Positions 1 through 11,217 of a stretch of DNA of 64,000 nucleotides are shown in pieces (the stretch's first letter is position 1; every line of letters starts with the position of its first letter). The position numbers and the translations under genes were made by a program. The notes beneath the pieces were generated by a model. The model saw only the letters and a program-made list of their open reading frames with translations, searched no databases and was not told the origin of the DNA. Source of the stretch: Phoronis australis (Eukaryota; Animalia; Phoronida); contig NMRA01000082.1 of NCBI GenBank assembly GCA_002633005.1, forward strand, positions 286,576 to 350,575. The letters run 5' to 3'.

Positions 1-554
1 CAACTTTGAAAAATTAAAAGATCTTTGCATGCCTGGTGAGTGCACCATGACACTTTGACATAATGTATTTTTGGGGTATTTTTACTATTTCTTCTTCAGC
101 ACTTGATTGTGCATAACAGTGTCATCTGTCACCATTGTACTTTAATGGTGATGATGGCGATTAGGCCGACATTGAAATAGTTTTGTTTCCTTTTGCCCTA
201 CCGTGCTTCTCCAAGGTGGATTAATGATCGGTTAAATATTTAATGGGGCATTTTACCATTGTTGATTTTGAATTCTTAACAGACGCCCTTTGAGACATAA
301 AAACATTACCACACCGGTATGAGCTTGCATTGTTGCCACATGAGGTAACTCAAACTCTTTTTATTAATAAAGAATTAGCCAATAATCTTATTCTTAGGAG
401 ACTTGTGACAATGACTAGTTATTCATTAAAGTTTTCACTTTTTATTAGTCTTTGAAGTCTGAGGCAGATTGCAGTTTTTGTAGCTTGAGTTACTAGAAAT
501 TCTTGAACACGAGGTGCTTGTGATAATTTGTCCGACAACTTTTTGTACTTGAAG

Positions 555-704
555 GAACATTACAAAAATGCCAGTCCACGGATAGTGCATGGCTGTCGGC
601 TCTCGAGGCCACTCATTGGCTGGACGGTATTAGCAGTTGCCTGACTACAGCCAATCGGATCGTACAAGACATGACACAGCTGAAGAAAACAGTTGTGCTT
701 CGAG
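555..704 (+). CDS. MTMR10: MTMR10/11/12-like internal exon
   Basis: Acceptor ttgaag|g and donor cgag|gtgg; encodes WLSALEATHWLD...VVLR. Confidence 0.8.
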
Positions 705-737
705 GTGGGAGAATGTTTGTGCATCTCTTTTAGTCAA

Positions 738-794
<57 letters not shown>

Positions 795-3291
795 GTGTGT
801 GTGTACGAGTGTGTGTCCGTGTGTGCGCGTATGCGTGTGTGTGTGTGTGTGNNNNNNNNNNNNNNNNNNNNNNNNNNNNNNNNNNNNNNNNNNNNNNNNN
901 NNNNNNNNNNNNNNNNNNNNNNNNNNNNNNNNNNNNNNNNNNNNTGTGTGGGTGTGTGTGTGTTCAGAACTTGGGACACACATATATTTCAATGCTGAGT
1001 TGTGCTTTGCGTACAGGTTTTGCACTTGTATGAAAAACTATTCAAATTTTGACGTACTAATAGCTAAAACTTGGAAGTTTTCCATTCTACTGTGTCTGCC
1101 TTTTCCACATATTTCTATCTTTGTGTGTTTAATTTATCAACCATGCTTTCTCTGAATAGTTTGAATTTGCGCATTTTTGAGCTTCTGAAAGCACACACAG
1201 CCTAACTTTAAGTCGAACAAAAACAGTTATTTCTTATTTAAATTTTGTATTGTTCAAAGCTGCTGTCATTTTGAATTTTGAATTTATTTGTGCTTCAGGA
1301 AGATAAGTCTTAGAAGGGTTTTATGACTTTATGCCTTTTGTTTCAGAGTCTGGAAGTTGTGACATGTCGTGCGTCGTGTCCTCGCTAGTCCAGATTTGCC
1401 TGGATCCTTTCTTCCGCAGTTTCTCTGGATTCCAAAGTCTGATCCAGAAGGAGTTTGTCTCCATGGGATTTCACTTCCAGGACAGATGCGGACACTTGTT
1501 GAATCGGGAGGAACAGGTGATTTATAAATTTAAAACAGTCGTTTGAGTTCCTGATGTTATATTCCTTATCATGGCTTATTTCTTTGGTGTATGTAATAAA
1601 TATTTTTTGACTGTTGTATATAAAAGCAATTTTTGCATACAGCACATCAATTATTTTGTTTCGGAAACATTTATTTGCTAAAATAGGCATTTTTTCCTAG
1701 TTTCAGAGCTTCACTACCATACAAACCATGTTGAAAACAAAAGCTAAATTTCTTGATGTTAATTTTGACAATATTATATTTCCTTTTCTGCAAAATTGTC
1801 TCAAAACACAATCTCTTACACTTTTGTTGCAACTCATTGAATCAGTTTGCAATTTGAAATATGGCTACTGCCTTTCTGAATATCAGACTTTGAAACTCAA
1901 TTCAGTTTGGTCTGCAATGTCTGTGATATTGCTTAATGGAAGCACTAAATGAAAGCGAACTTGCTTAATTTATAGAAAATTGAAAAAATCAAACTTACAT
2001 CTGGTTGGACATTTAAAGCAGCATCATCTCCTGCATTGCCTGGAAAAACTTGTATGCATTAGACCTGGCCTGTTATCGAACAACTCAACTTGTTCTATAC
2101 TGAGGTTGAAAGTGATTCTGGATTTGGAAAGAACAGGCAGCACCATCTATTGAGCACATTCGCAACCATCTTATTATTTCATACTAGCTCGATAAGTTGG
2201 CTTGACCCAGTCAGTTATTTTCTGTACGGAGCATGTTTTCAAGCTATAATGGTCCAGAAGTCACTTTCCATCTGAGCAAGGAACAAGTTGAGACTGGTGG
2301 TAAGGGGTCTCAATGAAGAGTTAGGATTTGTTGGATGGAGGATGGACTTAAAGAGCTTTGACAGGAAGTGAAAAAGTTCACCCGCTTTTTTATTGTCACT
2401 AAATCAACGTTTGTTTCTTTCCAGTCTCCTGTTTTTCTGCTGTTTCTGGACTGTGTGTGGCAGTTACAGCGTCAATTCCCAGCATCCTTTGAGTTCAGCG
2501 AGACGTACCTCACATCCATTTGGGACTGTGTGTTAAATGGTATATTTGGGACTTTCCTCTTCAATAGTCCAGGTCATCGGGCGTCCAGAACGAGTGAGGC
2601 CTACAAAAAGACGGATATTGCGCTTGCCGAGGTGTGGGACTTGCGAAAGCAATTTTCCGTGGAGTATTTAACATTGTTTAAAAATCCTCTGTACGCTGTG
2701 AAAAAGGCAACTAGCGGGCGACAGGCGAATGTCAGCAATGGTGATTGTCCACAGGTCACGGACAGAGAAGCGCAAAAAGTCTATTCACGTTTGCTCTGCA
2801 GTTTATTTTTGAACGATTTAGCATGTGGAGATTCCTCATCTAATATTTTATCGCCATCAACAGGGGTCGCTGATGTTGAACTATGGACTCTATGCTACTT
2901 GCGTTGGCTGTTTCCAGTGCAGATTGTCAATGGTGGCGCCCCCTCCGAGTACTTTCAACAGTGCCTCCTGGTGGAGGAAATCGTTCGACTACATCAGGAG
3001 ATCAGTCAACTGACGAGGGCTCCACAGCATGAGATGAAGAAGACGAACAGTGATTTGATCTTCAGTCTTGATACGCCGCAAACCACTCAGCTACTGGATA
3101 CTACTGTATTAACGTCGTCGTTTCCATTCACAACGGCGCACAACAGCGCCCCTTTCCTGGCCACACCGCTGCGTGCGTTTGTACACCAGTCGCCGGTGTT
3201 AAACCAGAAGAAAAACCCCGGTGCGGTGCGTAGCTCCTTTAAAAGTTACTTGGAGGATAGCACAGAAGAGCCAAGAGAAAGTGCTGATTGA
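555..3291 (+). CDS. MTMR10: Myotubularin-related pseudophosphatase (MTMR10/11/12 subfamily), 3' part; coding exons 555-704, 1347-1516, 2425-3291; 5' exons lie upstream of the window
   Basis: The exons join in phase with AG/GT ends: DSAWLSALEATHWLDGISSCLTTANRIVQDMTQLKKTVVLR/ESGSCDMSCVVSSLVQICLDPFFRSFSGFQSLIQKEFVSMGFHFQDRCGHL/SPVFLLFLDCVWQLQRQFPASFEFSETYL. The last exon has the 3-PAP-like LWTLCYLRW motif. The CX5R loop is replaced by ESGSCDM. The paralog symbol is approximate. Confidence 0.88.
740..961. repeat. (GT)n microsatellite spanning a 93-N assembly gap (852-944)
   Basis: Directly visible. Confidence 0.97.
1347..1516 (+). CDS. MTMR10: MTMR10/11/12-like internal exon (degenerate active-site loop)
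   Basis: tttcag|ag ... cag|gtga; encodes SSLVQICLDPFFRSFSGFQSLIQKEF. Confidence 0.9.
2425..3291 (+). CDS. MTMR10: MTMR10/11/12-like terminal coding exon (phosphatase C-terminus plus 3-PAP region)
   Basis: ttccag|TCT CCT GTT; SPVFLLFLDCVWQL...FPASFEF...LWTLCYLRW; TGA at 3289-3291. Confidence 0.92.
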   Translation, partial: SPVFLLFLDCVWQLQRQFPASFEFSETYLTSIWDCVLNGIFGTFLFNSPGHRASRTSEAYKKTDIALAEVWDLRKQFSVEYLTLFKNPLYAVKKATSGRQANVSNGDCPQVTDREAQKVYSRLLCSLFLNDLACGDSSSNILSPSTGVADVELWTLCYLRWLFPVQIVNGGAPSEYFQQCLLVEEIVRLHQEISQLTRAPQHEMKKTNSDLIFSLDTPQTTQLLDTTVLTSSFPFTTAHNSAPFLATPLRAFVHQSPVLNQKKNPGAVRSSFKSYLEDSTEEPRESAD

Positions 3292-3594
3292 AATTCCTAC
3301 AACATGTGTTTATGTGGGTGTGGTCTATTGTCCTCAAAGCTCCGCCCTATTCCATTGTATGGTCAACTTCTTTAGTCAAAGGTCAAATGTCTTGTGGAGT
3401 GGTTAAAGTTTGCTACTCTTTGCTGTCTTGGGCACTGTGAAAGTAACGGGGATATATTAAAGGTGCTATTTACCAGCTTTCTGTAAATAACTACTTCCTG
3501 TTACAAAACTATTGCAAACACCAGTGGTCACGAATAGGAAGTGATGGCTACTGTACTTAGGGGTACTATAACTCCACCTTTTGTCAAAAAGTAA

Positions 3595-3777
3595 CTTTTG
3601 ATTTAAGACACTTGCAATTATTAACACAAAGATTTAACTAAACTGATCTCAAATGCGATTAAAAAGTGATTTCTGGCTGTAAGAAAGTTACGGTCAATTC
3701 TTCCCAAGACCAGAAATCCCTTATCTGAGTAAATAGTAAAGTGAGGTCAGTTTACTGCTGGTGTCTTAAATCAAAAG
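3595..3777. repeat. Foldback/MITE-like inverted repeat in the presumed MTMR 3'UTR
   Basis: Perfect 17-bp IR cttttgatttaagacac (3595-3611) / gtgtcttaaatcaaaag (3761-3777), with an inner gatttctgg/ccagaaatc pair. Confidence 0.7.
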
Positions 3778-3949
3778 CAAGTTATCCATCTGTTCCAATT
3801 CCTGTGTGCAAAGTCCATTTACATGCTGCATATCGAGCCAGGTGCATATGACGGGGCATGTGGCTTGTCTGATCTGACTTTTGCAACTTAGAAGATGCTC
3901 ACCAAAAGTCTCCAAATTCACTTTAGCTTTCTCGTTAGTATTTATAAAA

Positions 3950-4153
3950 CTTCAGAGTTATCATTTACCCCTTTTGATAACTTTGATGGACACCGAAGTT
4001 GAGCGCTCCCACAATAACAACACGTCGGCGCTTCGCTGTTAAATCCACCTGTTTGCTTCGAACTTCAGCTTTGATCCAAGACCAAATTTAAGCATTTTCA
4101 CTGTCCAGTGCTCTCCCAAACACTAAAGCGTCGGCATTAGTGGGAATGGGCCT
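3950..4153 (+). mobile_element. Partial copy of MITE family B (Harbinger-like)
   Basis: cgctgttaaatccacctgtttgc matches the reverse complement of 41138-41165 and 44161-44190; ends with gggcct+ttaa. Confidence 0.55.
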
Positions 4154-5934
4154 TTAAGAATGTGACGAGTTCACGCAAGATTTACAGAGATATTGATAGT
4201 CGTTTGTACTCTGGTGTGATTAGCCTTTAACTGAATTTGCCTCTTGTGCGAAGCATCCTCCCAAGTCTGTTGACAGACCTGATGCAATTTGTTAAGGATG
4301 TACTTCCAAATTAAATGCTTGTCCACGTTCATGTGTTGCACCACAGCTATCATCAGTCCCATAGTTTCGAAAAAATGTGGCCGTTCAGAACGTTAGATGC
4401 CCTGGAAAAATCAAAATGGGTAATTATGGCAACAGTTTTTGTCTGGAATTGTAGATTTTGCTCTACTTGTGTTGTATTGTGTGCTTTGTATGCTTTTAAT
4501 GATGAAGTACTGCATTCCTTGTTCATTTTGATTCTAGACAAAACTCCATTTTGTTCCCAGATTTCTCCTCTGGTTCACTCTTGAAAATTAGTGCTTTACT
4601 TTCCCTTTATGAGTGTCTGAGAGTTGAGACGTCTTGTTTACTCGCAAGTTATCAGGCTATGAGGGGTTAGGAACTTTCCTTTCACCCTTCGCCCTTTGGT
4701 TGAATTAGACAGGGGTACTACAAGTGTGCAAGAGGCTATAAACATGTTTGAACAGCCCTAGAAACCAGATTCTTGCAGATTGCTTTTTAAGCTGCACTTG
4801 GCTAGTTTAGCTTGTGAAAAACAAAAGTTGAATTGTGCTTTGTACTCTCATAAAAGCAATTTCGTAATATTCATTACCGAGATAGAATTCTATTTCAAGT
4901 ACCCTCGAGAACATTGAGATAACCAGCAACCTGAGAAAACCTTTCAGAGTTTATTGGGGTTGGCCTACCCTAAAATTATGAAACAACTTGAGAAGGGTGC
5001 CTATTGTCTGTGACTCGAGTTGGTAACGGAAATAGAATTGATCATTGTAAGGTATATTGTGATACTGAAACATGTCAAAACGTTTTAAACCGTAGATGTT
5101 TTTATTATTGTATGCTGATACTTGTTATCATGGAGATATATTGTGAAACCATGGTAGATTTTCAGTTTTTAGACTGCTAAAAGGTTGAAACAGAGGTTCG
5201 AGTGACATTTTGATCTTAAACGAAAAAATGCAAAGAAGGCGTTTACCCCTGCTGTTTTGTTTGAGGCTTGAATGCAATATTCCACAGTTTAGTCAATTGT
5301 TTATTTAGAAAATGACAAAATCTTTGTGTTCAGAAGAGAATTTGCTGCCTATTTTTTTTCTTGTTTGGTGTCATTTTCTGGTAGATAGTGGTTTTTGTTT
5401 TGTCAAATTTTGAACTAATTTTCAACCAAAGTTCCCTGTGATTTTTTCACATTTTTAAGTTTTGGCTACAGTGACTTTGTCAAGTTGTTTGTGTTTAATA
5501 ACTATTTATTGCTACTAATCTGTGTATTTACTAACTGCGAAAATTACTAACATTCCTCATTGCTTCTATTTTATATTCATCTGTTAATTTGACTGTAACA
5601 CAGCTGGTATAGCTATTTCAGTGGTCTTCATTTACAGGTGTTACGCATTTTGAGCACCAGTTTTCTCCACTGAATATTGATCAATTTGGTTCTCTCCAAA
5701 TCCGGGACACTTGTAAGTGACTATTGCTGCAATTCCAGTGCTTCCTTTTTCTGTGTATAGTAATATTATTATTATATTTAAGTGACTGCAGAATGAATCG
5801 TGCTCTTCTGTAAAGTGAGAGTTCAAGCAATCCAACGAAAAGGTTTTTGAGTTCTAGATCATGTAAATATTTAGAAAAAAACACAACTTTTGTTTCTTTT
5901 AATAGTTTTTAACTTTCAGGTTTACACCCGTAAA

Positions 5935-6172
5935 TCACAAAATCTGTCGGGATATTCGGGCTTTGACTTTCACCGTTTTCATTGTGCATCCATCGGATTT
6001 AAACTTGTCGAGAGAAAATTCCAGAATGTCGTAGCCACCTTACTTACTTTCCGTTAATTCCTCATCATCTTCGGTCATGGGGAAGGTTATTCCGACAAAA
6101 ATTCGGCTTCCACCCAATCGCCGTGAGGGAAATTCTGGGTCATTTTTTTTAATACTTTTGGGTTGAACTGTA
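5935..6172 (-). mobile_element. Diverged copy of MITE family A (Tc1/mariner-like)
   Basis: Reverse complement begins tacagttcaacccaaaagtatt...atgacccagaatttccc...gaagccgaatt, similar to the 14923 and 39348 copies. Confidence 0.6.
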
Positions 6173-7279
6173 AACCTCTCACAAAAAAACATTTGCCTGT
6201 CATGTCTTTATTAAAACCTGAATTCTGTAGGCTAACCCTTATGGTTGTAAATATACAATTAATATACCTCTATTTCAGACATGGGCTTGTTTACTGTTTT
6301 TGTACTTTGGATATGAATGTTTTTGTAAAAGCTCCATACAATGCTAGTAAATCCTTGAATGTATTGAATTTCTAGAGGCACGTGTAGCCTGGTGCAATCA
6401 CAGTGATTCAATCATAGTATGATTGTGCAAAAGTCGAAGCAAAAGCTGTGTGTATTTAAAAAACTCTATTGGAGGTAAATAAATGAAAGGTTTTTAAAGA
6501 TAGCACTGTATGTAGTTTTAAAGGTATAGTCCCGGACTGGTCCCTACTTTACAACTCATGACTCATGTAAGTCTGAATGGATCAAAATCTCATTTTGCTT
6601 GCTACTCTCAATGTATCATGACCTATGTACCATGCCGGTAGGTGACCAGATGTTAAAGTCATTCCCAGACTAAGGGTCAGGTCAGTCTTCCTATTCCTTG
6701 CTTATAACAAAAATTTTGACAAACATTCTTCATGCTGTGTGTACCAACATCAACAACCACATCCAATAGCTCAAATTGATTTCTCAAGTGTGTTGTCTGG
6801 GAATGATGTCACAGGTCAACACAAAAAAGAGCATGTGCAGTAAAACCTGTACAAGCCAAGATGAGATCAATGTTACGTGTTATTGTAATTGTACTTCATG
6901 CAAGTTTACAGTATTGAATGTTAAGCCATCTGTTTGTCTAGGCTACTATCTTCAATCTGCAGATACAATCTTTTGAGTGGTTAACCTAAGGGTGTACCTT
7001 TAAATTAAATTTACTCTCTCAACGCGTCATTTTTGTCTAATTTTGCATGGTCAAATGCACATCCATTTGAATGTGTGTAATTGCGGAAGGTAAAAGTTGA
7101 CTGCTAGCAGTAGTTGGAAATGATTTTCATTTTTGAAACCAGTTTTCCTTAAACTGCCAAGAGTATGAATACATTTAGTCTTGTTGCGGGTTTAGTCATT
7201 TTGTAAGTAACGCGATAAACGAATTAATTACTTATTGTATTTTATAATATTGATATTGGTTTCTGTTGATGTTATATCT

Positions 7280-7398
7280 AATAAATTATATTAATGATTT
7301 AAATGTGATTTTGAGCATTTTGAAATCAGAAGGTCAAGAATGGGGCAAAGTAAACACTAGAAGTAATCAGTGACCTCCAGTCTTCTCCATAATTTAAT
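7280..7398. terminator. Candidate convergent polyadenylation signals: AATAAA (+, 7280-7285) for the MTMR gene and ATTAAA (-, 7393-7398) for CCP1
   Basis: Hexamers are present and the + strand switches from T-rich to A/C-rich near 7350; the assignment is inferred. Confidence 0.4.
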
Positions 7399-9917
7399 AG
7401 ACGTGTATAAAATTTGGCATGTTTACTTGTTGTGATACAAACAACTGCAAATCACGAGGTCAGTGAAAAGGACAGAATATCATAATTTAACAATCACCTT
7501 CATATCCAAGAGATTGTAACATAATGAAGTTTTGCCAGTAGCACAATGTGTCTTGAATTATGCACAAAAAATAACCATTACCATTTTTTGATATTCAAAA
7601 TTAAATTCAGTCGCACAATGAACACTCACCATGAACCAATTAAAGAATATTTGTCACAAAGTTTAAGGTATACCAAAGGTAAACATTTACCACATCCAAA
7701 AAACACCATGCATCGAAGTCACTCTTGCCACATACAATTAATACAGGATTATTGCATGTGACGTGAGAGCTCTTGTGTGTGTGTGTGTGTGTGCGCACGT
7801 ATAGTATTTAGTGGAGAGTAACGAGGGTTCCTGTACCATGGTAAGTGTTCAATTACCCTCATGTATAGTACATTCCAAATTTATTTAGAATATTAAATTC
7901 TTTATATTCTAATGTGGGATATTTTTGGTGAGCATATCAATTTTATAGAAACAAGCTTTAGCATGTTATCAAACCCACTTAACTCCGCAGAAGCATACGA
8001 ACACAATACTGCATGCCTGATCCTAGTGAATAAGTAGCAGAGCATTTTGAATAGTGAAGACATCGGCCATTATTTCAGCAGATGTCAGGCAGACTATGAG
8101 AACTGGTGATGTGTAATAAAATCACAAAACCAACGGATTTTGTTGTTTTATAACTCTGATCAAAGCTAATGACTACAAACAGTCTATTACATCCAACAAT
8201 TGGCCCTAACTCCAATAATGTCCCTTCCAGCAGTAGAGGTGATAACACTTGAATCGATAACCGTGAAAATATATTTTTATTTGTAATTATCTATTAAAAA
8301 TAATAGTATATCTTATGGATAAACATGTGAATCCTATTCACTATTTTGCACACACAGGTGGCGCTGCAAAAATCATTGTTGTGCACTGTTCGTTTTAGCA
8401 TCAGTTTTAACGACGCAAACGTGAAAAAGCACGTGTTCCAAACATGCAGAACCATCGTAGTCTGGACACAACACTTTAACTTCAAGCATAATGGTGAATT
8501 TGTGCAAGTAGTGAATAGTCTGCCTACAACTACAACCTAGCTACTATGACATCACAGAGTTAGATAACATTGAATGACTACCTTCTACCTGCAAATGCAC
8601 AACCAAATATGGAGTCAAGGAGACGTCGACAAGATGGTAACTTAAACATCGAAAATCAAACTAGGAATTCTCCTATTCCATACCCCACTTTCGTCGCGTC
8701 AATCTGCTCCCGACACCCTTTAATACTACAAAATATTAGAGGGGCTGTAGCGCAATCCTCCAGAAATTAAACTACGCCCTCATCATCATCTCAATTAAGC
8801 ACCAGTAGAATTATGAATATTGTGAAGTGCAAGCCTGAAACCTTAGAACAAAATACGCATTGTGCACACAAAAGTCCTAGGTTTACACACTTCTATAACT
8901 GCACAAAACTGTCGGCGAGTCTCTCGTATTCCTATGTTGACACCATCAGGACCAAAAAAGCCCAATCATGCCATCATTAAAACAAAAATTCATGCACTTC
9001 GATAAAAACTGCTGGTGAACAAAAGCAGTCAACTGGCAAGTACAGCAATAGTCCTACTCATAAACGGGTGGATCAACGCAGGACTGTGACAAATTCTCAG
9101 AAGCATTGTAAATCTCTCGGTCAGTGTCAGTAGAGTGACCGTGTCTTTGAAGTTATTCACCTGCTCACTAAGTCAATGTGTGGTAAAATCTCCCCACAAT
9201 CTCAGACAATTCCAATTTTATTTTCTCATTTTTTCCATGAAAAACATGCAGGACTAAAGTAATACTTTTACCGTGTTCAACGTTTTCAAAATTATGGACA
9301 TTCCCAACAATGTTAGAAACCCTTGAAAATGAAAAGGGGGGAGGGGGTTTGGAATTATTCTTGTCCAAAATTGGCTAGAGTTTAAAGTTATTGTAGTGCC
9401 CTGGGATTTTGAATAGCAGTAATAGAGTGCTAGGATCCAGGTTTTGTAGACAAAATTATTCTTAAGCATTTTGCGCAAACCTTGAAAAAACTGATTTGGG
9501 TGAAGCATCGTTTCCCAATGGCACCATCATCTACTAGTGGGTGAAAAGGCATTTAGTCAAAATCATCTTACCCTCAAAATTTATTAACCGGGGATTTCCC
9601 ATAAAGTGACCATCATCATGAAAAATCTCTGGGCACTTTTTGGGAACAAAAAGTGACTGAAACTTGTTCAGAAAAGTTTGCTATTGCTTATCACTTTAAT
9701 GTAGTTAATAAATATAAGCTTTAAAAGCTATAATTTTAAAATTTTGCATTTTTCTTCTTACTCAGGGCACCTACCCCAAGGGGGGCGGTAATTCTTGACA
9801 AGATGTTCTGAAATAACCTCAGGTGCTAAATGAATTGAGAGTGTTGACATCAAATGAACAAAGTTCACACATTGATGAATAATGCAATTAACCCATTGGC
9901 ATTCACTAATCACCCAG

Positions 9918-10040
9918 TTATTAATCTCTATTGATTATTAATCTCTATTGATTATTAATCTCTATTGATTATTAATCTCTATTGATTACTAATCTCTATT
10001 GATTATTAATCTCTATTGATTACTAATCTCTGTTAATTAC
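9918..10040. repeat. 17-bp minisatellite (ttattaatctctattga) x~6-7
   Basis: Directly visible tandem copies. Confidence 0.92.
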
Positions 10041-11051
10041 TGACCGCTATTAAGTACTCAGGATCGTTCAAAGATATCAGGATGTTTCAAAAACAAAGCA
10101 AAAACAAATTTTGAAAAAGCGTCCAAAAGAGACCTACAGAAATTGTTGTTTCTGAGAAAGTGCCCAAGGAGCTTCAACAAAAATTGCCAGAAATTAATCC
10201 ACTGTGCATCAATGTCTTAAGGACAAAGATATCTAAACAATGTCACGTGTGCCAGATTGACAAGCAACTAATTGAAGATACTGACAAAACAGTGACTAGA
10301 CACTATGCATACAGAATGGACGGGACTGAGTTGGTATCCTGAGTTATCAACAATAATTTATTAAAATTCAGTAACAACAAGTTAGACAAGTGTAATTTGT
10401 GCTTCACTGCGTAATTCTGCTTCAAACTCTTGCTATATCATGACTATACTTTAACGCTCATGGAATTTTAGAAACTGCATGTTTCACTCAGTTTACCATC
10501 CAGATTTTAAATTTCCTTGAACTTTGGACATGTCGTAAGAATTAACCTGAACAGACATAATATCCTAGAAATTGAAAATAATGGACAAGATCATTTTGTC
10601 ATTAGAGACCTGACTATGCACAGCATGTTTCAAATATATGTGGCAGAACAGAACAAGAAAGTCTGCCACTTCTTGTGACAAAACACCAATTCATGTCAAA
10701 CCTTACCACAACACTTTTATGCCACTTAAATAAGCAGCAGACCTTGCAAGAAGCCAGACAGATTTTTGTGTCACTTGGCGTCATGGTGTTAACCTGTAAC
10801 CAACTCCACAAAAGGAATTCACCTGAAGTTTGTACAACCTCGTGCTGGTTTTCCGTTTGCAAGGCTAAAAATAAACCTTATGCAAGGTTATGCAACAAGA
10901 TGGCGATTCTGACCCACTTTTCTACTGACTTTGGAAATCTGCAAGTGGTCTATTCCCATAAAATATTATCTCCCCTGTAACAAAACGTCTGCCTTTTCAA
11001 GACAACAAATTCCCACAAATCATCTCCCCTGCTACAAGCCGTCTGCTGCCT

Positions 11052-11217
11052 CTAAAGCATATCATCTGTGTCAGCGTTGTCTGCGTCCATTTCATCCTCT
11101 TCCTCAATGTCTGACCCCGAGCTGGACTCAGAACGCTCAATGATGCTGGCCTGCTTAGCAGCGCCATCTGTGTCCTCCTCGGCATAGACGCTACTGCTGA
11201 CTGGCTCTTGTGGTGAA
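11052..11217 (-). CDS. AGTPBP1: CCP1 terminal exon (acidic tail)
   Basis: tctag|t acceptor; SPQEPVSS...[19 protein letters not shown]. Confidence 0.8.

Noticed and set aside
637-1155. Val-Cys / His-Thr repeat ORFs
   Set aside because: They are translations of the (GT)n microsatellite and the N gap
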